The translations under genes and the position numbers were made by a program. This document shows, in pieces, positions 16,658 through 26,090 of a DNA stretch of 32,000 nt (position 1 is its first letter; the number at the start of each line of letters is the position of its first letter). The DNA comes from Candidatus Thorarchaeota archaeon. Lineage in GTDB: Archaea > Asgardarchaeota > Thorarchaeia > Thorarchaeales > Thorarchaeaceae. The notes under the pieces are model-generated. The model was not told where the DNA came from and did no database searches. It saw only the letters and a program-made list of their open reading frames with translations. The stretch covers positions 1 to 32,000 of the forward strand of contig PRDJ01000037.1 in the NCBI GenBank assembly GCA_003345555.1. Reading direction: 5' to 3'.

Positions 16658-18016
16658 GTGAAAACCGAGCGAGAGCTGATGGATCTCTGCCAGTACGCTG
16701 TATCAGTAGGACAGAAGAGAGGAGCTAATGCTATCGAGGTGCAATGTGATTCACGAATCGACTTGGATGCCGGAATCGAGCTCGGAGAGGTCAACAGTGT
16801 TAGCAGAAGCGTCGGCACAGAGTTTGCAGTAAGGCTCTATTTGGGCAAGAGGATGGGGTCTGCCTTCACTAACATACCAACGCGCGAGGCACTTGATGAG
16901 GGTGTTTCAATGGCTCTCAGTGCCGCGAAGGCTACAACTGAAGACAAGGATTGGCAGAGACTGCCTGAGCCTCGAACATACAAGGAGATACCAGGTCTGT
17001 GGGAAGAGGCGGTCATCAAATGCGAGCCCGACAAGGTGGTTCGGCTCACAGCTGATATGGTTAAGAAAGCGGCCGCGGCTGAGGAGGGTTTGATTGCTGC
17101 TTATGGTGGGAGTGGCACAAGTATCCATGTCATGGCATATGCGAATAGCAGCGGCACTGCAGTTGCCCAGAAGCTTACCTCGGCGTATCTATTCTTGGCA
17201 GGCGTAGCACCTACCGGAGCAAGTATGACTCCACTTGTTCAATCATATGATGTCAAGCGGGGTTTGCAGTTGGACATGGACAGGGTTGTTGATGAGGTCG
17301 CGTCGAATATCCGACTATGTAAGAAGAAAGTGAAAGCGAATTCAGGGAAGTTTTCAGTTATACTACATCCCCAAGCGTATAGTGAGCTTCTGCAGTACAC
17401 GCTGCTCATGTCCGTTCGCGGTGACAACGTAGCCAGAGGTAAGTCGAAAATAGCTGACAAGATAGGCGACACTATAGCCTCTCCGATTCTGACAATCACG
17501 GATGATGGCACCACACCCAAGGGTATGCATACGTCTGTTGCTGATGATGAGGGAGTCCCTCGCCAAAGAACGCCTATCATAGAGAAGGGCGTGCTACGTT
17601 CCTTTCTCTGGGATACATATTGGGGAAACAAGATGGGTGTTAAGAGTACTGGCAACGCCAAGAGAAACATGCGGCAAGGCCTTCTCGAGATAGCGACGAG
17701 CAACCTCGTTGTTGGGCTGGGCAAGAGGGACATTGCTGAGATAATCTCAGGAGTTAAGCAAGGCTACTTGGTACGGAACCTTCAGGGTGCACACAGTTCG
17801 AACCCCGAATCGGGCGATTTCAGTATCGTCGGGAACCCGGCATTTCTTATTGAGAACGGGGAACTCAAGGGTGCAGTAGACGGTCTGATGCTGGCAGGCA
17901 ACATCTATGAATTGCTCAAAAACGCAGTGGAGACTGCCAAGACTCCTCATTACCTAGAAGGTACTATAGGGCCCGAAGTCGTTTTCAAAGACGTACAGGT
18001 AGTTGTAAAGGAATGA
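16658..18016 (+). CDS. pmbA: PmbA/TldE (non-catalytic partner of TldD)
   Basis: GTG 16658 follows a GGAGG SD. DDEG, STGNA and GDFS are present and there is no HExxxH. It lies directly after tldD. Confidence 0.9.
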   Translation: MKTERELMDLCQYAVSVGQKRGANAIEVQCDSRIDLDAGIELGEVNSVSRSVGTEFAVRLYLGKRMGSAFTNIPTREALDEGVSMALSAAKATTEDKDWQRLPEPRTYKEIPGLWEEAVIKCEPDKVVRLTADMVKKAAAAEEGLIAAYGGSGTSIHVMAYANSSGTAVAQKLTSAYLFLAGVAPTGASMTPLVQSYDVKRGLQLDMDRVVDEVASNIRLCKKKVKANSGKFSVILHPQAYSELLQYTLLMSVRGDNVARGKSKIADKIGDTIASPILTITDDGTTPKGMHTSVADDEGVPRQRTPIIEKGVLRSFLWDTYWGNKMGVKSTGNAKRNMRQGLLEIATSNLVVGLGKRDIAEIISGVKQGYLVRNLQGAHSSNPESGDFSIVGNPAFLIENGELKGAVDGLMLAGNIYELLKNAVETAKTPHYLEGTIGPEVVFKDVQVVVKE

Positions 18017-18137
18017 TGATTGGCTCCTAATACTGTCTACGATGGCCTCTTGTTTCCGCGACCTACAGCATTGATTCCCATTGAAGGCAAAAGGATAAAC
18101 TAGGCTCCGCCTACACCGTGACCACCTCCGAGGTAGA

Positions 18138-21100
18138 ATGATGTACGCCCGATACCTACTTCTCACCGCCCTGTTAGTATCGCTGCTGGTACCTGCTCCT
18201 CTAGCCACACAGAGAGAGCAGGTGAACAACCCTGAGGGATCCGGACTCAAGGTTGATTCGATGCTTAGAATGGAGCTGGCGTCCAAGTCCTCGCTCGCGC
18301 CTAGTTCAAGTTCATCTGGTTGCAGTGCCCTTCTCCAGTTTGAAAGGGCGTTGTCCACATACGATATTGCCGCAGCACAGACAATGGGTGTTCGGTTTGC
18401 GACGAGGGCCGGTTACGTGATTCACGTGGGAAACGTATACTCAGCATTCGTGTCGAATATTGCAGTTCTGAGTTCTCTTACCGACATCGGACTCACAAGG
18501 GCGGCTTCAGGCAACAAGAGATTCTTTCCCTCACTTGATACATCTGTGTGGGCCATCCGTGCGCCGACCGTCTGGAACAATATCAGTAGAGACGGGAAAG
18601 CGATAACCGGGACCGGCATGACAGTTGCAGTGATTGACACAGGTGTCGACTGGCTGCATCCATCATTCTGGAGACAGTCGACCGATCCACTTGAAGTACG
18701 AAATTCAGGCGGAAAGAACTACGTTGACCTAGACAACGATTCTGCATTTGACGAGGGACCAATAGCGAGCACCGGCACGAATTCGAGTTACATCGACATC
18801 GCCAACGAGTATATGTACATCGATACAAATGAGAATGATTTCTTTGAGTACGGCTCAGGCGATAGATGGCTCGGGGGTATTGATACAAATGCTGATGGTT
18901 TCATTTCTTTGCCAGACGAAGAGGTCGTGGTTCTTGGCGAGTCGAAAGTGTCAATGTTGTTTGATCAACAGTACGATAATGTTTACGTACGTGGCGTCAA
19001 TCTGACAACCGGAGCCCTCGGTGTGGGCGACCCAAATGGCCATGGTACTCATGTTGCATCGATAGTCGCAGGTGGGCAAATCGGATATACATCAATGGTC
19101 GGCGTGGCACCGGGTGCTGACCTAATAGTCATAAAGAGCCCTCTCGAGTCAAGTGATATCCTGGAAGGTATCTACTTCGCCATAGTGAATGGCGCTGATA
19201 TAATCAACATGAGCTTCAGCAGCTTTCTCGGATTCTTGGACGGCACTGACCTTGAAGACCTCGCTGTTAGTGAGGCCTTTCTGAAGAACCATACCATTTC
19301 TACACTTGCTGCTGGAAATCTCGGGCAGACTTCTAAGCATGCAGGCTTCGGTGTCGGTCCCGGTGAGACCAATGGCGCCACTCTCTCAGTCCTATCACCT
19401 CCTCTTTATTCATTCGTTAGTGTGTTGTGGCATAGTGATGACTCGAATGAGCACGTCGTTCTCGTTCCACCAGTCGGGACCGCAATAGATCTCGGTGCTT
19501 TCGCTTCTATTTCTGGATCGAGCTTCTCAGTTACCAAACCTGAGCTGAACGCTTACGTTTTTGCTGACACAAGTGTCCGTGGAACCAATAGGCTCATTGT
19601 GCAGATCTCTACGACCGGACATAACTGGACTTCAGGTCAATGGGATCTTGACGTATCCAATCCCTCTGGTGATTCTGTTTCAATTGATGCCTACGCATGG
19701 GACAACGAATGGACTGGTAATCATCTACGATTCACGAGCCAGGTAGACAATAGTCGCACAATTAGCTCTCCTTCAACGTCTGATTATGGAGTATGCGTTG
19801 GCTCCTATGATGAAGGGATTCACTTAATCAGCTCTTCATCGGGCAGAGGACCGAGAATTGACGGAGTGCAGAAGCCTGACGTAGCTGCTCCTGGAATCTC
19901 CATAAATGCGGCTTTGAACAGCTTAACGCAATTATGGACTGTGAAGAGTGGCACGAGCATGGCCGCTCCGCATGTGGCAGGATTGCTGGCCCTGATAGGA
20001 CAAGCCTCAGGAGAAGGCGGAGGTTGGATTTCTCTGACGGCACTGCTGGAAGGGGCTGGTGGCTACGACGAGCATCATTCGCCATCATTGAATGACTGGG
20101 GCTACGGTCTCTGCGATTCGGTTTTGTCGGTCCGAGAAGTGCTAGCTATCTCACTAGGGACCGGCACAAACAGATCGGATTGGGCGGGAATCGAGAGTCT
20201 ATCGACGAGCCCGCAGAACCTCACGGTTAATGACGGCCTTGATATCCTGAATCTGGCAGTGTACCAGCAGGTGGCAAACATCAGTATGGCCGTCACATTG
20301 AGGGGGACTCCTCGGTTTGCATCTGAAGACGTGCTTATGATTCAATGGGATACCGATATGAACTCAGGAACGGGATCAGATGGGGCCGACATCCTAGTGA
20401 ACGTTACAGGAGGATCTGCCGTTGTCTACGAGTGGTTAGGCGGGGAGTATTTTGTTTCGGCACAGACAGCTCACTACTGGAATGATTCAAGAACTGCATT
20501 CGTCACGATTGATCAGACTAGTCCACCGGTCCGGGGTAGAATACGAGTCGGCACGCACAATGTGAGTTTAGCTTATGCGGACGTGACTCCTTATGCTGAT
20601 CTCGTTGATCAATGGAGACCGATTTTCACCGATTTCTCGTCGAGCGGAGTTGGCGCAACATACCAGATTCGCGCAGAGGTCTCTGACAGAGACGATGCGA
20701 GTGAGTCGATGGCCATTGGTTGGAGCCTGGTGGACGGAGAGCTGAACATACTCGAGTCGGCTCTCGTGTCGGGAGAGGTCTCTTTCAATTCAACAATCGA
20801 CCTCAGCGATGTTTCAGTACCCTACGTCGTGAGTGTCATGCTTAATGTAAGTGATGGCAGTTGTACACTGTCCTTAGCTCCAGTTATTCTGTCGTCTGGG
20901 GTTTCTTCCACACTTAGGTTTACTAGCACCGCGCTCGACCAAACCACTATTGCGGTTGGGCCTTTCATAGCAAGTAGGATAACTGGTCGACTTGTACTGG
21001 AGGGTTATCTGCTTGCGTCGAGTGTCCGAGTCGCATTCCACTCAAGCATGGGGGTCTGGTTGAACTTCACTCTGTCGGGAAACCTTGGCGTATATTTGAT

Positions 21101-21320
21101 TGACATAGCAGCTTCAGGATTTTCGGCTGGAGACTACGATGTATACGCAGTGGCTGCTGGTCCATCTGTTCTGAAGGTTGAGCTGCTGTTTGCAGGCGTG
21201 CTCGTATTGACTGATTATTCAATGCTGATTGTTATTGTTGTCGGAGTTGCAGTCGTGATAGTGGCTGCCAAGTTCCTGCCGCGCTTTTTGTCAAAGAAAC
21301 AGGGAGCTGAGAGTGGATGA
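18138..21320 (+). CDS. Secreted, TM-anchored S8 subtilase with two large insertions (Csp-like)
   Basis: Signal peptide. Triad D (DTG, 18636), H (HGTHVA, 19041) and S (GTSMAAP, 19956), with oxyanion AGN at 19317. C-terminal TM plus basic tail. Confidence 0.92.
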   Translation: [1060 protein letters not shown]

Positions 21321-22597
21321 GAATCGTCATCGTTGGCTACGGGCCCGGAGGTGTGGCGGCTGCATATGCCGCTAGGATGCTGGCGCCCGAATCCGAAGTC
21401 ACAGTGCTCACGGAAGAGAGAATTCAATCACATCGGAGACCCGGCATATCGCTTGCTCTTGAGTTTCCTGAATCCACCAACCTGTTCATTCCGGAATGGT
21501 CCACCGATTCACTGTCAAAGAGGAAGATTGACGTAATCAGGGGAGTCTCGGTCGTCGGTGGAGACGTCAGGTCAAGGTTCCTAGATGTAGTCGATTCGAA
21601 GGGCCGATCGAATAGAGCTGAGTTCGATCGACTCATTCTGGCAACTGGCGGGAAACCGGTGGTTCCGCAAATACCGGGTGTGAACCTGCCCGGCGTGTTT
21701 ACGATACAGACACTGGCAGATACTCGACGCATTTCTGAGTCTCTGAAGTCAGCGAGTCCCGTGGTCATCGTCGGTGCGGGGTTTAGCGGACTTGAGACTG
21801 CAGAAAGGCTTCGAAATCTGGGAAAGGAAGTGCATCTGGTCGTGAGGTCAAGAGTCTTGCGTAGGCTCTTGGAGGAACCGATGAGCAGAGAACTGGTTGC
21901 ACGAATGCCGCGTGATATCCATTTGCACACGAAGTCCCCGCAATCAGTAGCAGGCAAAGACCATGTAACGGGATTGGTGACGGAAGACGAGACAATCAAT
22001 GCTGGTGCCGTCATGTTCATGACAGGGGTCGTGCCCAGTGTGAGTCTTGCACAGAAACTGGGGTTGGCAGTCGGTCCCTTGGGTGGCGTCTTGGTCGATA
22101 CAAAGATGGAAAGCTCGGTACCGGGTGTGTATGCAGTTGGCGATTGCGCGGAGATGAAAGACACACTGACCGGCAAACCGATTCTGATGCCTGTTGGCAG
22201 TGCCGCGGCGCGTGCGGGACGTCAGGCGGGGGCATCTGCCGCCGGGAAGGAGAAGGTCTATCCTGATGTATTCTTGAGACTCCAGTATGACCGGCTTTTC
22301 GGAGTCGATGTGGTCTGTGCAGGTCATTCGTCAGTATCTGCTGCCGATGTGGGCGTCGAGACGAAGGTGACCTATGCCGAAGACCCATCCGAATCTATGA
22401 AGGCGGCGTTGGTGACAACAAAGGAAGGTCGATTGATAGGGGGGCAGGTTCTGACATCGAGAATGGGATCGGTGATTGGTTACCAGATACTAGAGAGAAT
22501 TCAGTCAGGCGTCACGCTAGACGAGCAACCTCTGTTGAAACCCAGACATGAGAGAGCGAAGGAGCTGCTAGAGACGAGACTTGGCCCTATTGGATAG
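21317..22597 (+). CDS. FAD-dependent pyridine nucleotide-disulfide oxidoreductase (NADH oxidase/CoADR-like fold, no redox Cys)
   Basis: GYGPGG (FAD), LILATGG, GAGFSG (NAD(P)H), YAVGDC. ATGA overlap with the upstream stop. Confidence 0.9.
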   Translation: MRIVIVGYGPGGVAAAYAARMLAPESEVTVLTEERIQSHRRPGISLALEFPESTNLFIPEWSTDSLSKRKIDVIRGVSVVGGDVRSRFLDVVDSKGRSNRAEFDRLILATGGKPVVPQIPGVNLPGVFTIQTLADTRRISESLKSASPVVIVGAGFSGLETAERLRNLGKEVHLVVRSRVLRRLLEEPMSRELVARMPRDIHLHTKSPQSVAGKDHVTGLVTEDETINAGAVMFMTGVVPSVSLAQKLGLAVGPLGGVLVDTKMESSVPGVYAVGDCAEMKDTLTGKPILMPVGSAAARAGRQAGASAAGKEKVYPDVFLRLQYDRLFGVDVVCAGHSSVSAADVGVETKVTYAEDPSESMKAALVTTKEGRLIGGQVLTSRMGSVIGYQILERIQSGVTLDEQPLLKPRHERAKELLETRLGPIG

Positions 22598-25457
22598 ATG
22601 GCGGCGATTCGCCACCTTCCATTGGCACTTCCCATCCCTTTTCCGGTTTGTTGCCGACTCTTCTGCCCAGACCCAGCTTCAAGACTCCGACGTAGGCAAG
22701 CCCGACTAATACAATTCCCAGCAGTACGTAGATCACTGCCTGTATGAACAAGTCCTCGACGACGTCGACGGGTATGAGTTCCATAAACTGGTATGTCCTC
22801 GAGTTACCACTCATATCGGTAGCAACAACGACTATTCCGTAGAATCCGCCCGAGGTCAGAGCAAACGACGTATCGAACCTGTACCCAAGAGACTCAGCGA
22901 CTGAGGGGGTTACGTTTGTGCCATCAGGTCTCGTAATGGTGATGCTCACGCTGGCCAAATCCTCATCAAAGACATAGGTGGTCACATTGGCCATCTCTCC
23001 TATGCGATGGTAATGGAAAACCACATCGAATATCCTAGGCAGTTGTGGTACGACTGCTGTCGCGATATTCTCAATTAGCCTGAGGTTGTCAGCACCTTCC
23101 CGAATTGCTTCGTACAAGACATTGTCATAGAGGGTGGAGCCATCTGAGATCGCGATGACCCTTCCGCGACCGTGAGTGGCAGTGGCCACAATGGCATGAT
23201 TCCTTTCTGCATCCACCCAAAAGAGGCCTTGCGCTCCAGAAACAGAGGGCTCTACAGCAAACGTGCTCCCGAAGAGGATGTACAGATTCTCGACGCCGTC
23301 TATTATTTGACTTGAATTGACGGCGCCTCCATGGTCGACTCCGTAAACCGCACCCGTGTTATCTGGACCAATGCCGATTCCCATGGGCTCACACTGAATT
23401 CCGTATGGCGCTAGAATTTCGTTATACGAATCAAAGGCGAAACTGGCCGTATCGGTTGTGGTGTTGTAGAACTCGGACAGAATCAGGAGAGTGCCACCAC
23501 TATCAACGAATGCATGAAGTGAGTTAATCTCTTCAGAGGCATAATCGATCTCTGTGTCCATTATCATGAAAGACTCGGCGCCAGACAGTGCTGAAGAATC
23601 AATCAGCCTTCCTGAAGCGGCGCTGCCAAACTCAGATATCTCTATCCCTTTTTCTCGAAGGTATTGTGTGAAGTACCGGAAGTCAGCTGGAGAGTCGACG
23701 TCTGCTGGGGACTGATGCACCATGTCGACAAGCATTCGACCACCATATGTGGTTATCCACATATCCAGCTTCATTGAGGCAATGGTTGTGTTGACCGAAA
23801 TAAGACTCAAGTTGCCTGAATAGTGTCCGACTGCCGAAAGTGGCAGTCCCTCGGGAATATTGAGATTAATCCCGAAATGTGAGTAGCCGCTGCTGACTGT
23901 GAGGGAGTCAACGGTCCTGTTGACAAATGTGCTTGCATTGCCGGTGGCCACAATCGTCAGTTGTCCCTGTGACGTAGTCGATATGACACTCACGATTTGC
24001 TCGTCTCTCTCCTCGCCTACGATATAGGCATGGTCACCTCCTGGCAGAGTCGGGTATTTGTTGGGAGTAAGTATGGAGATTATTCCAGATAATGTCTGAT
24101 AAAGCTCCGAGGATTTCGAGACATTCGCCAATCCATAACCCTGTGCCATGGGGTCTTCTCCAATGTCGGTTGCCCCTGCCATGAGGAATGCTTTGGCCTC
24201 AATTGGAGTGAGGCCAACGTGCTTGTCCATCAACAAAGCAACCAAGCCGGCGATTTGTGGCGTTGACGCAGAAGTACCGGACCACACTGCATAGTTCATG
24301 CCATACTGTGAGTAGTTATAATAGGGAAACTCGGCAACGCTTGCTGACAAAGCTCGCCCCGACACAATCAAGTATCCCGGGGCAACTATGTCGGGTTTCG
24401 CGCTCAATCCGACAGGTTCCGATAATGTGCGATCGACTGGCCCTCGACTACTGAATGCAACAACGGTCTGATTTCCAACTGACGCACCAACGGTTATCAC
24501 TTCCTCGGTGATTCCCGGCGAGTCTACGGAGAGCGGAGCAGGTCCGTCATTACCTGCTGCAACAACGGCAACCACCCCTGCGGCAACAGCACTGCGCAGA
24601 GCAAGGACTGATGGCTCCTCAATGAGTGAGTCCTGCCATGATCCACCAAGGCTCAGGCTGATTATGGCCGCCCCGTGAGCGACAGCATACTCGATTGCCT
24701 GAGCTATTACGGAATCGTCTCCCGTGCCGTCACTCTCTAGAGCCTTTTCGATTAGCAGACTAGCACCGGGCGCTATGCCCTTGAATTCCCCGCTGCTGGC
24801 TTCCCCGGAGCCCGCAATCAGCCAAGCAACCGCAGTACCGTGACCGTTGTCATCGTATGCAATGATGCCATTCGAAGGATCCATATCGTTTTGACCATTG
24901 ATGAAATCCCGAAAGCCAACTAAGCAGTGCTGAAAATCGATATGCGTTGATTCGACCCCTGTGTCGATAACGGCCACTTTGATGCCACTTCCGTTGTATC
25001 CTTCTGACCACAGGTCGTTTGCGTTCAGTATGTCTTCAGGACCCTGATAATTCGCAGATGAGGAAACATGGACGTTGACTGAAGGTGCCTCAAGTTCCAA
25101 GGCATACCGTTTCTGGTCCAATCCAAGAGCTCTCACGTTGAGAAAGTTGGCCATTTCACGAATTGCCTCGCTTGTGGCCCACAACGAAACAACAGGAATC
25201 AGACTGAATACGTGCCTAATGATGAACCCTGTTGATACGGACTTGGTGACTGCTTCCAGCATTGTTTGAACATCCGTTCCATCTTCAAAGCGAGCAAATA
25301 CGGGCAGCATCTGCCCGCTTTTCTGGGCGGACATCTCAGCAGCAAGCGCCGCTGCAAGCTTCCGGGATTCTGAGACTCCCAACGCGGCAGTGGGCTGAGC
25401 TACAAGAAGAGGCATAGACACCGTCAGCATGAGAGCTAGTAGCAATGATGTTTTCAT
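22587..25457 (-). CDS. Secreted, TM-anchored S8 subtilase with a site-1-protease (MBTPS1/SKI-1)-like domain architecture (956 aa)
   Basis: Signal [14 protein letters not shown]. Triad DTG, HGTAVA and GTSAST, with AAGN. Then an Ig-like region, a GldG/IFT52/DUF4350-like domain (about 23050-23745), an Ig-like domain, a TM helix and a short tail. Confidence 0.9.
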   Translation of the reverse strand: [956 protein letters not shown]

Positions 25458-25667
25458 AGCATTAGCGCAGTCTCTTGGCATGTTTACAGGCCCTTCGCGG
25501 ACCGTGCATCATGACTTCTTAAATAAGCGTTTTCTTGGCGCAACGTTCCACTGGCCTTCTGGAGGTTGTTGAGGCCAACTACCTGATGAGAACGAAAACA
25601 TATCTTGTCGCACGAGCTTCCTTATGGACGTGGGAATTCAAATCCCTCATACAAGGAGAAGCTAGTC

Positions 25668-25958
25668 ATGAGTTCAAAACCACCTGTTTACGAGCGGCGC
25701 CTCCAGATTAAGCACTTCTTTGATGATCGGCAGACCGGGCAGACTAGGAGAACTTGGATGGAAGTCCATCTTCAGCTTCCCGAGAAGACCTCTGAAGGGT
25801 GGGTAAATGATGGGAGGCTCAGGCTGTCAATCGGCGAAGAACGAGACATCAAGGGGGCTTTCCTTCTTTCCGTCGACGAAGCATGCAGACTGATCAAGTC
25901 CCTTGAGATGACAGTGGAAGAGCATGAAGATGAGAAGGCAAAGCTCTGGAGAGAATGA
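25668..25958 (+). CDS. Small conserved-looking protein, possible PC4/Whirly-like fold (96 aa)
   Basis: AAGGAG SD before ATG 25668. Four beta-strand-like segments followed by a long amphipathic helix. Confidence 0.75.
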   Translation: MSSKPPVYERRLQIKHFFDDRQTGQTRRTWMEVHLQLPEKTSEGWVNDGRLRLSIGEERDIKGAFLLSVDEACRLIKSLEMTVEEHEDEKAKLWRE

Positions 25959-26090
25959 GCTTGCATGGTCCTGTCCGGGACCTTTATGCCGGGCGGCGCA
26001 TCCACACCACGTGAGCCCTCCAATACTTACACAGAATACATTTATGCTCAGGCTTGCTGATTAGCTCAGGACGCCAACGGAGGTTTCGCT

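Noticed and set aside
15256-18016. TldD/PmbA as part of a RiPP (microcin-like) cluster
   Set aside because: No YcaO, ThiF or radical SAM enzyme, precursor peptide or exporter is in the window. TldD/PmbA pairs are common stand-alone housekeeping genes in archaea.
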